A stretch of 64,000 nt of DNA. Source: a bacterium (GTDB taxonomy: Bacteria > JAGOBX01 > DAONJL01). This document shows positions 11,701 to 23,339 of this stretch, in pieces. The position numbers and the translations under genes were made by a program. The notes under the pieces were generated by a model. That model was not told the origin of the DNA. It was given only the letters and a program-made list of their open reading frames with translations, and did no database searches. Position 1 is the first letter of the stretch. Each line of letters starts with the position of its first letter. The stretch covers positions 2,836-66,835 of the forward strand of contig DAONJL010000010.1 of assembly GCA_035405645.1 (NCBI GenBank). The letters run 5' to 3'.

Positions 11701-13025
11701 AATCTTATTGCTTTTCCTTCTATTAATATTGGTTCAAATGCCTGTATTCCTAATCTGTGTAATGTTGGTGCGCGATTCAATAATACTGGATGATTCTGTA
11801 TCACTTCATCCAATACATCCCATACTTCTGGTGATGCTTTATCAACAAGTTTTTTTGCGCCATTTATATTATTTACTATTTTCTTTTCAACTAATTTATT
11901 CATTATAAATGGCTTAAATAATTCAAGTGCCATTATCTTTGGTAGACCACATTGATTCATCCTTAAATCAGGTCCTATTACTATTACAGACCGACCAGAA
12001 TAATCAACTCGCTTGCCTAACAAATTCTGTCTAAATCTACCTTGTTTACCTTTTAACATATCTGCTAATGATTTTAATGGTCTTCCACCAGCGCCTGTTA
12101 CTGGTTTGCCTCGTCGTCCATTATCAAATAATGCATCTACTGCTTCCTGTAACATTCGCTTCTCGTTTCTTATTATTATATCTGGCGCATTTAATTCTAT
12201 TAATCGTTTTAATCTATTATTCCGATTTATTATCCTTCTGTATAAATCATTTATATCTGAAGTTGCAAATCTTCCACCTTCTAATTGAACCATTGGTCTT
12301 AAATCTGGTGGTATCACTGGTATTACATCTAGTATCATCCATTCAGGACGATTATCTGACGCTAAAAAAGAACCAATTAAATCTAATCTTACTGCTAACT
12401 TCTTCTTTTCTTGTTTTGATTTTGTTTTTGTAAATTTTTCTCGTAATTCTTCATATAATTCTTTTAAATTTATTTTTTGTAATAATTTTTTTATTGCTGC
12501 TGCACCCATATCTGCTTCAAATAAATCGCCAAATTTTTCAAGGCAATCTCTATATTCTTCTTCGGTTAATACCTGTCTTTCTTCAATTTCTGTTTTATCT
12601 GGTTTTTTACTTTCTGTTACTATATATCTCTTATAGTATAATACATCATCCAATGCATCCATTCTTAAATTTAATAATACTGCTATTGGTGATGGTGTAC
12701 CTTTATAAAACCATATATGTGATACTGGTGTAACTAATTCTATATGTCCCATTCTTTCACGGCGAACCTTCGAATGTGTTACTTCCACTCCACATTTTTC
12801 ACATTTAATTCCTTGATATTTTATTGTCTTGTATTTTCCACAATAACATTCCCAATCTTTTGTTGGTCCAAATATTCTTTCACAAAATAATGAACCTGTT
12901 TCTGGTTTAAATGTTCGATAATTTATTGTTTCTGGTTTTTTTACTTCACCATACGAACGCTCTCTTATATATTCAGGTGACGCTAATTCTATTTGAATTG
13001 CTGAAAATTCTAAAAAATTTTCCAA
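8733..13025 (-). CDS. rpoC: RNA polymerase beta' subunit with large trigger-loop insertion
   Basis: NADFDGD catalytic motif, Zn-finger [20 protein letters not shown]; TTG start. Confidence 0.99.
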
Positions 13026-13055
13026 GGTTTTACACCTCTCTTTTTCTTTTATTTT

Positions 13056-16000
13056 TTATATTAACATTAATGGTTCTTCTTTGCTCAATTTACTTATTTT
13101 TAATACATTGAAACTTTCATGACGACGCTTTGCCATCTCTTTTAAATTTATTAATTTCTTTTCACTATCAAAAATATTTATTCTTAATGCTAATCCTTCA
13201 AGTTCGTGAACTAAAACATTAAATGATTCGGGGATGCCTGCTGGAATTGATTCTATACCTTTTACAATTGATTCATATATTTTTGCTCTACCAAAAACAT
13301 CATCACTTTTCACTGTTAACATTTCCTGTAAAATATATGCTGCACCATATGCTTCTAATGCCCATACTTCCATTTCGCCTAATCGCTGACCTCCAAATTG
13401 TGCTTTTCCACCAAGTGGTTGTTGTGTTACTAATGAATATGGTCCTGTCGAACGTGCATGTATTTTTTCATCTGCTAAATGATTTAATTTCATTAAATAC
13501 ATTACTCCAACTGTAACTTTTTGTTTGAACTTTTCGCCTGTCTTGCCATCATATAAATCAACTTTACCATCTTCTGGTATTCCTGCTTTTCGTAATTCTT
13601 CTTTTATTTCCTCTTCTGTCGCTCCATCAAACACTGGTGTTTCATATTGTGTATTTAATTTTAAACCAGCCCAACCTAAATGTGTTTCAAATATCTGACC
13701 GATATTCATTCTTGATGGAACGCCTAATGGATTTAATATTATATCGACAGGTGTTCCATCTTCTAAAAAGGGCATATCTTCCACTGGAACTACTTTTGAA
13801 ATTATTCCTTTATTTCCATGACGGCCTGCCATTTTATCGCCTTCTTTTATTTTACGCTTTGTTGCTACATATACTTTTACTAATTTTTTTACTCCAGGTG
13901 GTAAGACATCTTTATTTTCTCTGCTATACACTTTTACATCTATTACTACACCTTCACAACCATGTTTTAATCTTAATGATGTATCCTTTACATCTCGTGC
14001 TTTCTCACCAAATATTGATTGTAATAATTTCTGCTCCGGTGTTACTTCTGATGAACTCTTTGGTGTTACCTTTCCTACAAGTATGTCACCTGCTTTCACT
14101 TCTGTTCCAATTTTTACTATTCCATTTTCATCTAATTTTGACAATATTTCTTCACTTACATTAAATATTTCATTTGTAATTATTTCTTCACCTAATTTTG
14201 TGTCTCGTGCTGCTGCCTCAAATTTTTCTATATGTATTGATGTAAATACATCATTTGCTACTAGTCGTTCACTTATTATTATTGCATCTTCAAAATTATA
14301 TCCTTCCCAAGGCATAAACGCTACTAATATATTTCGTCCTAATGCTAATTTCCCATTTTTTATACCTGGTCCATCTGCTATTATCTGCCCTTCTTTGACT
14401 TTATCTCCTAATCTTACTATTGGTTTTTGTGTTATACAGGTGAACTGATTTGAACGTTTATATTTCAATAATTTATATTTATCTATTTTCTTCTGTCCCT
14501 TTTTACCTATACGTTTTCCTGTTTCATCAAACTCATCTTCATTATAAACTTTTCCCGTATCTATCCATATCTCGTTACCATCTACTTTTACTACTTCACC
14601 TTTATTTTTTGCTTTTATACATAATCCACTATCTTCTCCTACTTTTGCTTCCATTCCTGTTAATACTATTGGTTCTTCTGGTACCATTAATGGCACTGCT
14701 TGGCGTTGCATATTTGAACCCATTAATGCGCGGTTCGCATCATCATTTTCTAAAAATGGTATTAATGATGTTGATACACTTATTAATTGTTTTGGTGAAA
14801 CATCCATATAATCAATCATCTTATTTTCTACTGTATCAAAATCTCCTTTATATCTTACTGGCACATATTTATTTATAAATTTATTTTTATCATCAAGTGG
14901 GGCATTTGCTTGTGCTATCCTTTTTGACCGTTCTGTAAATGCATCAAGATATTCTATTTTATCTGTTACTACTCCATTTTCTACTTTTCGATATGGTGTT
15001 ACTATAAAACCAAGTTCATTTATTTTGGCATACGAAGTTAATGATACGATTAATCCGATATTTGGACCTTCTGGCGTTTCTATTGGACATACTCGACCAT
15101 AATGTGATGAATGAACATCGCGAACTTCAAAGCCAGCACGTTCTCTTGATAATCCACCAGGTCCTAATGCTGATAGTCTTCTTTTATGTGTCATCTCAGC
15201 TAATGGATTTGTCTGCTCTAAAAATTGTGATAATGGACTTGTACAGAAAAATTCTCGTAATGATGATGCTAATGGTTTTACATTAATTAATGAATGGGGG
15301 GTTACTTCTTCTGTTGATTGTAAATTCATTCGTTCTTTTATTATCTTCTCCATTCTCGTTATGCCTATCTTAAATTGATTCTGTATTAATTCTCCTACTA
15401 ATCTTATTCTTCTATTTCCTAAATTGTCTATATCATCTTTCTCGCCTTTTCCATATCTTAAATTTATTAAATAATTTATTGTATTTATTACATCTTCTAC
15501 TCTTAATACTCTATATTCTGTATCAACATTTTCTTCGAATTTCTGATTAATCTTAAATCTTCCTACTTTACTAAAATCATATCTTTTCCTGTTAAAAAAA
15601 TTATTATGAATTTCTTCCTGTGCTCCTTCTATTGTAAATGGATTACCAGGTCTTAAATTCTCATATATGAATTTTAATGCTTCCTGAAATGTTAAATAGT
15701 TCTCTTTTTCTAATGTGTTTAATATTATTGCAGAAAAATCGCTGTCCTCCTCTATTATTTTTATCTCTTTTTTCCCTGTTTCCATTATCTTGTCATATAT
15801 TGCTGTATTTATTCTTTTTCCTGCTGGAAATAATATTTCACCTGTTTCATCATCTATTAAATCATCATATAAATATTTATTTAATAATTCTTCTTTTTTA
15901 ATTGAAACTGTTTTTGGTTTATAAAATAATTTTACTATATCATTATTTTTTGGATAATTTAATACTTTTAAAAATAATGTTGCTGGAAATTTTTTCCGCT

Positions 16001-16577
16001 TATCTATTCGTAGATATAATATATCATTATTATCAATTTCAAATTGTAACCATGACCCATACATTGGGATTATCTTACCTATATATGTTATTTTTGGTTC
16101 TTCTTCTATATCAAAAAATATTCCGGGTGAACGCTGAAATTGATTTACTATTGCACGCTCTGAACCATTTACTACAAATGTCCCTCGTTCCGTCATATAT
16201 GGTAACTCGCCTAAAAATACATTTTCTTCTATTATTCTACTTATTTTTCCATCTTCTTTTTTTACTATTAATCTTACTCTTATATTTATCGTTACTGCAT
16301 ATGTTCTTCCTCGCTCTAAACATTCAAATTCATCATATACTGGTTCGTTTATTTCATAATCTTTATATTCCATTATCATTCGTTTATTATAATCTTCGAT
16401 TGGAAATATTTCTCTTAATACTTCTTCCAATCCTTTTATCACTCTTTTGTTAGGATCAACTTTTTCTTGTAAAAATTCTTTAAATGAATTTAATTGAATC
16501 TCTAATAAAAAAGGGACTTCAAGTATATTTGGTAATTTTGAAAAACTTTTATATTTTATTTTCTCTATTCTATTCAT
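13056..16577 (-). CDS. rpoB: RNA polymerase beta subunit
   Basis: [32 protein letters not shown]; start set at MNRIEK (ATG 16577). Confidence 0.99.
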   Translation of the reverse strand: MNRIEKIKYKSFSKLPNILEVPFLLEIQLNSFKEFLQEKVDPNKRVIKGLEEVLREIFPIEDYNKRMIMEYKDYEINEPVYDEFECLERGRTYAVTINIRVRLIVKKEDGKISRIIEENVFLGELPYMTERGTFVVNGSERAIVNQFQRSPGIFFDIEEEPKITYIGKIIPMYGSWLQFEIDNNDILYLRIDKRKKFPATLFLKVLNYPKNNDIVKLFYKPKTVSIKKEELLNKYLYDDLIDDETGEILFPAGKRINTAIYDKIMETGKKEIKIIEEDSDFSAIILNTLEKENYLTFQEALKFIYENLRPGNPFTIEGAQEEIHNNFFNRKRYDFSKVGRFKINQKFEENVDTEYRVLRVEDVINTINYLINLRYGKGEKDDIDNLGNRRIRLVGELIQNQFKIGITRMEKIIKERMNLQSTEEVTPHSLINVKPLASSLREFFCTSPLSQFLEQTNPLAEMTHKRRLSALGPGGLSRERAGFEVRDVHSSHYGRVCPIETPEGPNIGLIVSLTSYAKINELGFIVTPYRKVENGVVTDKIEYLDAFTERSKRIAQANAPLDDKNKFINKYVPVRYKGDFDTVENKMIDYMDVSPKQLISVSTSLIPFLENDDANRALMGSNMQRQAVPLMVPEEPIVLTGMEAKVGEDSGLCIKAKNKGEVVKVDGNEIWIDTGKVYNEDEFDETGKRIGKKGQKKIDKYKLLKYKRSNQFTCITQKPIVRLGDKVKEGQIIADGPGIKNGKLALGRNILVAFMPWEGYNFEDAIIISERLVANDVFTSIHIEKFEAAARDTKLGEEIITNEIFNVSEEILSKLDENGIVKIGTEVKAGDILVGKVTPKSSSEVTPEQKLLQSIFGEKARDVKDTSLRLKHGCEGVVIDVKVYSRENKDVLPPGVKKLVKVYVATKRKIKEGDKMAGRHGNKGIISKVVPVEDMPFLEDGTPVDIILNPLGVPSRMNIGQIFETHLGWAGLKLNTQYETPVFDGATEEEIKEELRKAGIPEDGKVDLYDGKTGEKFKQKVTVGVMYLMKLNHLADEKIHARSTGPYSLVTQQPLGGKAQFGGQRLGEMEVWALEAYGAAYILQEMLTVKSDDVFGRAKIYESIVKGIESIPAGIPESFNVLVHELEGLALRINIFDSEKKLINLKEMAKRRHESFNVLKISKLSKEEPLMLI

Positions 16578-16644
16578 TATTTTTTTAGCCCCCTTGTTTT
16601 TTTTATAAAGGCACAATATTTTTCATATTGTGCCTTTTATTTTT

Positions 16645-17040
16645 TTATTTAATTTCTATTTCTGCGCCGGCTGCTTCTAATTTCTTCTTAATATCTTCTG
16701 CTTCTGCTTTTGGTATTCCTGCTTTTATACTTGTCGGAGCTGCTTCTACTTTGTCCTTTGCTTCTTTCAATCCTAAATTGGTTATTGCTCTTAATTCTTT
16801 TATTATGTTTATCTTCTTATCTGCTGGAAAACTCTTTAATATTACTTCAAATTCTGTCTTCTCTTCTGCTGCTGGTGCCGCACCGCCTCCTACTGCTCCT
16901 GCTACTGCACCTGCAAATGCTACTGGTGCTGCCGCACTTACTCCAAATTTCTCTTCGATTGCTTTTACTAAATCTGATAATTCCAATACTGTCATTTCTT
17001 CAATTGCACTTAATATTTCTTCCTTTGTTAATTTTGCCAT
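16645..17040 (-). CDS. rplL: 50S ribosomal protein L7/L12
   Basis: [33 protein letters not shown]. Confidence 0.99.
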   Translation of the reverse strand: MAKLTKEEILSAIEEMTVLELSDLVKAIEEKFGVSAAAPVAFAGAVAGAVGGGAAPAAEEKTEFEVILKSFPADKKINIIKELRAITNLGLKEAKDKVEAAPTSIKAGIPKAEAEDIKKKLEAAGAEIEIK

Positions 17041-17058
17041 TTTCTTTTACCTCCTCAT

Positions 17059-17583
17059 TTATTTACTCTCTTTTTTTTCTTTTATTGCATTTAATACATT
17101 TACTAAATTTCTTATATTTCCTGCTAATGCATTTACTAATTTATTCATTGGCCCATTTAACGCTCTCGCTAACATACTTAACAATTCATTTTTCTCTGGT
17201 AAATCTGCTATTTGTAATATTTCCGCACTTGAATAAAATCTGCCTTCTATTATACCACATCTGATTTTAAATAATTCATTCTCTTTTGTATATGACTTCA
17301 ATTCCTTCAATGGTGCAATTGTTTCTTCTTTACTTATTAAATATAATGTCGGTTCCTGTAAATACTCATAAATCTTTTTATCTGTATTATTTTCTTCTAA
17401 TACTATTTTCATTAATCTATTGCGGATTACTCTTATTACTGATTTGGTTTTGCGAATTCTACTTCTTAATATATTCATATCATTACTCTTTATCCCTCTA
17501 TAATCATTTAACACTAAACATTTGCTGTCTTTCACTAATTCTCGCAATTTTACTACCTCTTCTATATTCTTTCTATTTGGCAT
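17059..17583 (-). CDS. rplJ: 50S ribosomal protein L10
   Basis: Position between rplA and rplL; DYRG, LPEKNELLSML motifs. Confidence 0.96.
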   Translation of the reverse strand: MPNRKNIEEVVKLRELVKDSKCLVLNDYRGIKSNDMNILRSRIRKTKSVIRVIRNRLMKIVLEENNTDKKIYEYLQEPTLYLISKEETIAPLKELKSYTKENELFKIRCGIIEGRFYSSAEILQIADLPEKNELLSMLARALNGPMNKLVNALAGNIRNLVNVLNAIKEKKESK

Positions 17584-17599
17584 ATATTCTTTCCCTGCC

Positions 17600-17672
17600 T
17601 TTAAATCTTACAAATATTTTTTCCTCTTTTTATTTTCTGCCCAGACATTTTTCCCTCTGGCATCTGAGGTTT
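17600..17672 (-). promoter_or_regulatory. Possible structured leader of rplJ (L10-leader position)
   Basis: GC-richer 95-nt gap with TGCCAGA...TCTGGGCA stem flanked by GA dinucleotides and CCTC/GAGG; matches the location of known L10 leaders but the consensus is not clearly recognisable. Confidence 0.3.
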
Positions 17673-17678
17673 TTATTT

Positions 17679-18383
17679 TTATAAACTCCAGACCTCACTC
17701 ATCTGAAGTTTTATTCCTGGACTCATTGTCGAACTTATACTTACTTCTTTTATATATTGAAATTTACTTGCTATCGTTGTTGGCTTTGCATTTATTACTG
17801 CTTTTAATAATGCTATCAAATTCTTTTCTAAATCTTCTTTACTAAAACTTGCTTTTCCAAAATATGTTTTTATTACTCCATATTTATCTACTTTAAATTC
17901 TATTTGACCACTCTTTAATTTCTTTATTGCTTCTGCTACTTCAAATGTTACTGTCCCTAATTTCGGATTAGGCATTAATCCTTTTGGTCCTAATATTTTT
18001 CCTAATTTACTTACCACTTTCATTACATCTGGTGTCGCTACTATTGCATCAAACTCAAACCATCCCTGCTGTATCTTTTCTATATAATCATTCAAACCTA
18101 CATAATCTGCTCCTCCTGCTTGTGCTTCCTTTTCTTTATCGCCTTGAGCAAAAACTAATACTCGCACCTCGCGTCCTGTGCCTGCTGGTAATACTACTGT
18201 CCCTCGAACATTCTCCTCTGCCTTTTTTGGATTTATTCCCAATATTATTGATGCATCTATTGTTTCATTAAACTTTGCTGTTGCTAATTTCTTTACTATC
18301 TCTATTGCATCTTTTATTGTATATTCCTTACTCTTATCATATAATTTTAATAACTCATTATATCTTTTGCTGTGTTTCTTCAT
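17679..18383 (-). CDS. rplA: 50S ribosomal protein L1
   Basis: VRGTVVLPAGTG, LGPKGLMPNPK. Confidence 0.99.
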   Translation of the reverse strand: MKKHSKRYNELLKLYDKSKEYTIKDAIEIVKKLATAKFNETIDASIILGINPKKAEENVRGTVVLPAGTGREVRVLVFAQGDKEKEAQAGGADYVGLNDYIEKIQQGWFEFDAIVATPDVMKVVSKLGKILGPKGLMPNPKLGTVTFEVAEAIKKLKSGQIEFKVDKYGVIKTYFGKASFSKEDLEKNLIALLKAVINAKPTTIASKFQYIKEVSISSTMSPGIKLQMSEVWSL

Positions 18384-18406
18384 TTATTTCACCATTCCTT
18401 TTTTCT

Positions 18407-18847
18407 TTATTTTACTATTACTCCCATATTTCTTGCTGTCCCTTCTATTATTCGCATTGCTGCTTCTTCATCTTCTGTATTTAAATCTTTCAGTTTCATT
18501 TTTGCGATTTCTCGTAATTGTTCCTTTGTTATTGTCCCTACTTTTTCTTTTAGTGGATTTGATGAACCTTTTATTATACCTATTGTTTTCTTTATTAATA
18601 CCGATGCAGGTGGTGTCTTTAATTCAAATGTAAATGTTTTATCCTGATATACTGTTATTATTACTGGTATTATTAACCCCTGCTCCATTTTCGATGTCTG
18701 GGCATTAAATTGCTTACAAAATTCCATTATATTTACTCCTGCTTGACCTAATGCCGGACCTACTGGTGGTGCTGGATTTGCCTGTCCTGCTGGTATCTGT
18801 AATTTTATTATATTTGTTATCTTCTTCCCTTTTTTTGCTGCTGCCAT
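18407..18847 (-). CDS. rplK: 50S ribosomal protein L11
   Basis: [23 protein letters not shown]. Confidence 0.99.
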   Translation of the reverse strand: MAAAKKGKKITNIIKLQIPAGQANPAPPVGPALGQAGVNIMEFCKQFNAQTSKMEQGLIIPVIITVYQDKTFTFELKTPPASVLIKKTIGIIKGSSNPLKEKVGTITKEQLREIAKMKLKDLNTEDEEAAMRIIEGTARNMGVIVK

Positions 18848-18871
18848 TTATTTTCCTCCTTACCTTTTTTA

Positions 18872-19582
18872 TTATTTCTCTTTTTCTATCTGTTCAAATG
18901 TTAATTCTATTAATGTATTTCGACCAAATATTTCTACTAACGCTTTTACTCTTCCTCGTTCTTCATCTACTTCCTGTATTATTGCTGAATATTCTGTAAA
19001 TGGTCCTGCTTTTATTATTACTACCTCATTTACTTCATAACTTGCTTCTGGTTTTTCTGGTCTTGTTATTGACTTTTGTAATATTGCCTTTACTTCGTGT
19101 TTTGGTAATGGTAATAATTCTTTTCCTGTATTTATAAAATTTGTTACTCCATTTATTGACCTTATCTCGTATAACACTCGTTCATCTACATACAATTTCT
19201 TTTGTCCTTTTACCATTCGTTCTTCTGTCTCTAATTGTATTAATACATATCCCGGAAATACTTTTCTTTTTATCTCCCGTCGATAGCCATTCTTTATTTC
19301 TATTACATTTTCTGTTGGTATTATTATTTTCCCTATCTTGTCTTTTAATCCTTTTTTTTCTAATCGCATTTCTATATTATCTTTTACTTTTTGTTCCTGA
19401 CCTGAATATGTATGTATTACGAACCATTCCTTTTTACTATCCTTTTCAAATAGTTCTTCTAAAAATAAATCATCTGCTTCTTTTTCTTCTTTTTTAACTT
19501 CTACTTTTTCTTCTTTTGATTGCCTTTCTGCTTTCTTTTGAAATTTTTCAAATAATTGTTTTAAATCAATTTCCTGCGCCAT
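18872..19582 (-). CDS. nusG: Transcription factor NusG with N-terminal extension
   Basis: WFVIHTYSGQE, FPGYVL, KOW GPF...EIFGR. Confidence 0.97.
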   Translation of the reverse strand: MAQEIDLKQLFEKFQKKAERQSKEEKVEVKKEEKEADDLFLEELFEKDSKKEWFVIHTYSGQEQKVKDNIEMRLEKKGLKDKIGKIIIPTENVIEIKNGYRREIKRKVFPGYVLIQLETEERMVKGQKKLYVDERVLYEIRSINGVTNFINTGKELLPLPKHEVKAILQKSITRPEKPEASYEVNEVVIIKAGPFTEYSAIIQEVDEERGRVKALVEIFGRNTLIELTFEQIEKEK

Positions 19583-19599
19583 TTTTTGCCACCTAATTT

Positions 19600-19815
19600 T
19601 TACTTCATAAATTTTATTAAATAATTTAATATCTGCGTAAATATTGCATCAACAAATCCTACATAAAACGCTGATACTCCTATCGCTATTAATACTGCTA
19701 TCGTCGAACCTATGATTTCATCTTTGTCTGGCCATTCTACATTACCTTTTTTTGGATGTATCTCCATCCACACTTCTTTTAAAAAACTTATTAACTTCTT
19801 TATTTTTTCTTTCAT
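19600..19815 (-). CDS. secE: Preprotein translocase subunit SecE
   Basis: FLKEVWME...VEWP then one TM helix; between tRNA-Trp and nusG. Confidence 0.95.
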   Translation of the reverse strand: MKEKIKKLISFLKEVWMEIHPKKGNVEWPDKDEIIGSTIAVLIAIGVSAFYVGFVDAIFTQILNYLIKFMK

Positions 19816-19825
19816 AATTTTTCTC

Positions 19826-19901
19826 TGGCAGGTCTGGAGGGACTTGAACCCACAGCCCCCGGTTTTGGAGACCGGTGCTCTGCCAATTGAGCTACAGACC
19901 T
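19826..19901 (-). tRNA. tRNA-Trp(CCA)
   Basis: 76 nt; AGGTCTG/CAGACCT acceptor stem, CT-CCA-AA anticodon loop, GGTTCAAGTCC T-loop, encoded CCA end. Confidence 0.97.
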
Positions 19902-19904
19902 TTT

Positions 19905-20072
19905 TTATTTTGTTTCCTTATGAATTGTATGTTTTCTTTCTTTTTTACAATATTTCTTTAATTCTAATCTATCTTTATGTACTTTTTTATTTTTATATAC
20001 ACTATAATTCCTTGATTTACATTCTGTGCATTCTAATATCACTGGTACTGTATTTTTCTTTCTTTCAGCCAC
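19905..20072 (-). CDS. rpmG: 50S ribosomal protein L33 (absent from ORF track)
   Basis: Hand translation from GTG: [55 protein letters not shown]; GGAGG RBS. Confidence 0.96.
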   Translation of the reverse strand: MAERKKNTVPVILECTECKSRNYSVYKNKKVHKDRLELKKYCKKERKHTIHKETK

Positions 20073-20137
20073 TTATTTTTTGCCTCCATTTTCTTCTTTT
20101 ATATAGTTTTTCTACTTTAAAAAATATTAAAAAAATA

Positions 20138-20166
20138 TTTATATTATATTTTTATTTTTTTGTCAA
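20138..20166 (-). promoter_or_regulatory. Sigma70-type promoter for rpmG-secE-nusG
   Basis: TTGACA-17 nt-TATAAA. Confidence 0.75.
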
Positions 20167-20207
20167 GATTTTTTTTAACTTTTTTTTAGAATTTTTTTTA
20201 CTTACTT

Positions 20208-21392
20208 TTATTTAATAATTTTTAAAAAATCATTAAATACTTTGCCACATATATAGCCACCATCAACCATTTGTTTTATTATTTTATATGCTTCTTCTTT
20301 TGACAAACCTTTCCTGTATGGTCTATCTTCTGTTAATGCTTGATATATATCACATATTGCTATTATTTTTGAATTTAAATCTAAATTTTCAACGTTTAAA
20401 CATTCTGGATATCCTTTACCATTTAATTTTTCATGATGATTTGCTGCCCATTTTGCTATTTTTTTAAAACCTTCTATTTTTTCTAATAATAATTTCGTGT
20501 AATATGTATGTTGTTTTATCTCATAAAATTCTATATTATTTAAACTATCAGGTTTATCAAGTATTTCATTTGGAACATATAATTTTCCTAAATCATGTAA
20601 ATATGCTGCTATTATCATTTGTTCTTTTTCGTCTTCTTGATATTTATAATATTCACACATCATTTCTACTAATTTCACTACCCCTTTTGTATGATTATAT
20701 GTAAATCTTGATTTGCTATCAATTATATCAACAAAAATACTGCATAATTCTCTTATTTGCTTCCAACTTAAATCATATTCAATTTTTGGTGCTATTCGAT
20801 TTAATACTAATTCTTTGTTATAAAATTTTAAATCACACCAAAATCTTTCACAATTGTATCTATTTAATAATGCTTCACATATTTCAGGATGAAATATTTT
20901 TCCTTTATTTTCTTCTATATAATTTTTTACTGAACTTCTTTCTGTAGGTTTCAATCTTTCTAAATCAAAATTAAAATCTAAATTATCTGCAAATGAAATT
21001 ATTAATGATAAAAATGGAATCTCTTCTTTTTTCTTTTTAAATAAACCACTTCCATCATAATTTTCATGATGATATAAAATTACATTTTTTCTTTTTTTTC
21101 TTAATAATAAATTCTTTATATTTTTCTCACCTATTTTACAATGCTCTGGTAATAATTCAAAATTTGTTTTATGATATTTTATTGCACTCATTGTCACGCC
21201 ATTATCATGTAATAATGCTAATGCAAATAAATCTTCTACATCTTCTGCATCTAATTTAAGGTCTTTTGCTATTACTAATGATATATACGCTACTCTTCGT
21301 GAATGATTTAAATTTACTTTAAAATAATCTATTTCTGCTAAATCAATTGCATAAGAAATTGATTCTAAAAATTGTGTATAATTAAATTTCAT
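20208..21392 (-). CDS. Tandem HD / HD-GYP phosphodiesterase-like protein
   Basis: HSRRV..LLHDNG and HTKGV..LHDLGK..HHEKLNGKGYP..DIYQALTEDRPYR. Confidence 0.88.
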   Translation of the reverse strand: MKFNYTQFLESISYAIDLAEIDYFKVNLNHSRRVAYISLVIAKDLKLDAEDVEDLFALALLHDNGVTMSAIKYHKTNFELLPEHCKIGEKNIKNLLLRKKRKNVILYHHENYDGSGLFKKKKEEIPFLSLIISFADNLDFNFDLERLKPTERSSVKNYIEENKGKIFHPEICEALLNRYNCERFWCDLKFYNKELVLNRIAPKIEYDLSWKQIRELCSIFVDIIDSKSRFTYNHTKGVVKLVEMMCEYYKYQEDEKEQMIIAAYLHDLGKLYVPNEILDKPDSLNNIEFYEIKQHTYYTKLLLEKIEGFKKIAKWAANHHEKLNGKGYPECLNVENLDLNSKIIAICDIYQALTEDRPYRKGLSKEEAYKIIKQMVDGGYICGKVFNDFLKIIK

Positions 21393-21396
21393 ATTT

Positions 21397-21993
21397 TTAA
21401 TACCTTATATTTAATGTTATTTTTATATTTGAATATTTATAATCATCAAAATCATTTAAATAATAATCATATTCAATGTTACTTGATAATCGCTTATTAA
21501 AAATAACTGATGTTCCAGTTGTTATTGAAAAATTATAATATGATTTGCTTTTATTTTCTAATGAATAATTAATAACAGAACCACTCGCCAGCCACTGTTC
21601 ATACTTATAATTTATATATGCTATATTTGCTCCTATTATTAAATCTAATTTAGGATATTTGCTTTTTATATTGTGATAATATTTTACTCCTATTGGTATA
21701 TTTAATACTTTTATTTTTGAATTTAATGGCCCATAATTTGGTGTTACAGAACTATCATATAATACTGATATATTGTATGTACCATCAGAATATGATGCAC
21801 CGAGTGAAAAAAATAATTCAAACTTTTCTAATAGTGAATATTCTGCTTCTATACCTATATACGGTGCATCATTTATTTTATCTTTTAATTCACTATTAGT
21901 TAATATAATTCCACCCACTTTATATGTTATTGCATTTATAGGTTGTAGCACTATTAATAAAAATAAAATAATTATCATTTCTTTCATTTGCAT
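21397..21993 (-). CDS. Small outer-membrane beta-barrel protein
   Basis: Signal peptide, alternating beta-strand pattern (IPIGVKYY, IGANIAY), C-terminal aromatic ITLNIRY. Confidence 0.7.
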   Translation of the reverse strand: MQMKEMIIILFLLIVLQPINAITYKVGGIILTNSELKDKINDAPYIGIEAEYSLLEKFELFFSLGASYSDGTYNISVLYDSSVTPNYGPLNSKIKVLNIPIGVKYYHNIKSKYPKLDLIIGANIAYINYKYEQWLASGSVINYSLENKSKSYYNFSITTGTSVIFNKRLSSNIEYDYYLNDFDDYKYSNIKITLNIRY

Positions 21994-22023
21994 TTTCTAT
22001 AAACACCCCCTTAATTATTTATT

Positions 22024-22551
22024 TTATTTCTTATATTCTTCTATCCCCGCAATCCTTACTATCTCGCCATAATACATTCTATGATAATCTTTTCCATTAT
22101 AATTTATTTCTATTTCTTTATCAAGAAAATTTTTATTTATAAAATCTTGATAATATATCTTCTTACATTCTATTATTAATTCTGCTTCATCAAATGATGG
22201 TGCTTCAACTTTTTTTGATGCTATTATTGTTAATCCTGTGCCTTTGACTTTATCTATTTGTCTGCCTGATTTCGAACCACATAATAATAATTTGTCTTTA
22301 TATTTTACGCTAAAGCCATTTAATGTAAATGTTTCATATTTTTCTAAAAATTGATATGTATATCTTGATGGTCTGACTACTATCATACTTATTGGCTTGT
22401 CCCACATTACGCCAAAGCCGCCCCACGCTACTGTCATAAAATTATAATGCTTACTTTTATAATCACCCGCACATAATAAAAACCAATCCTCACACCAATT
22501 CTTTATTGGTTTAATTATAAAATCATTTACTCCAATTTCGATTCGTTCCAT
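22024..22551 (-). CDS. Flavin reductase-like (flavoredoxin family) protein
   Basis: NFMTVAWGG, VRPSRYT, CGSKSGRQIDK, DYHRMYYGEI. Confidence 0.88.
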   Translation of the reverse strand: MERIEIGVNDFIIKPIKNWCEDWFLLCAGDYKSKHYNFMTVAWGGFGVMWDKPISMIVVRPSRYTYQFLEKYETFTLNGFSVKYKDKLLLCGSKSGRQIDKVKGTGLTIIASKKVEAPSFDEAELIIECKKIYYQDFINKNFLDKEIEINYNGKDYHRMYYGEIVRIAGIEEYKK

Positions 22552-22555
22552 ATTA

Positions 22556-23338
22556 TCACCTCTTTTTTATCACATAAAAATTACTATATGAAAAAGAATT
22601 TAATATTTTTATTTTATCAAATATATTATCCAGAATCAAATAAAAAGCAAATAATATTGGATTTTCGTCTAACAATTTATTACCATAAAAAAAAGTTATT
22701 CTTTTTTTTTCTATTATTTTTAAATTATATTTATCAATTATTCTTTTTAATTCTTTTTCATTAAATAATGAAATATGATCATATCCAACTTGACTATGAA
22801 ATTGTTTATAATCATCAAAATTAAATATTTTTTTTAGTCCAATTTTTTTTAATAATAATAAACTCATATTTTCTGTATTTGGTGTGCTTAATATAACTAT
22901 TCCATCGTCTGATAAAATGCGTATTATCTCATTAAAAATTTTTTCTGGTTCCTTTAAATGTTCTATTAATTCGGTTATTATAATTATGTCATAATAATTC
23001 TGTATTGGTAATCCTTTTTCAATATCAAAACAATAAAAAACAAATTTAATTGGATTTCTATCATTGAAATTAGACCTTGCATTTGCTATTTCTATTGCTT
23101 TTTCATTTATGTCAATACCTGTAAAAAATAATGAATATTTATTTTTGAATATATCATATATTTTGAATACATCGTGTCCTATTTCACAGCCTATATCACA
23201 TATTTGATATACTTTTTTTTGAACACTTCTTAAATACTTTCGAACAATATCTAATAATACTTTCTGTTTTTTATACCAGAAATATTGTACTGAATACGAA
23301 AATAATGATGAACGTTCTATCCCCTGTAAATCACTCAT
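22556..23338 (-). CDS. Class I SAM-dependent methyltransferase
   Basis: DIGCEIG, GIDIN, ELIEHL, ILSTPN; start set at MSDLQG behind AGGAG. Confidence 0.85.
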   Translation of the reverse strand: MSDLQGIERSSLFSYSVQYFWYKKQKVLLDIVRKYLRSVQKKVYQICDIGCEIGHDVFKIYDIFKNKYSLFFTGIDINEKAIEIANARSNFNDRNPIKFVFYCFDIEKGLPIQNYYDIIIITELIEHLKEPEKIFNEIIRILSDDGIVILSTPNTENMSLLLLKKIGLKKIFNFDDYKQFHSQVGYDHISLFNEKELKRIIDKYNLKIIEKKRITFFYGNKLLDENPILFAFYLILDNIFDKIKILNSFSYSNFYVIKKR

Positions 23339-23339
23339 A

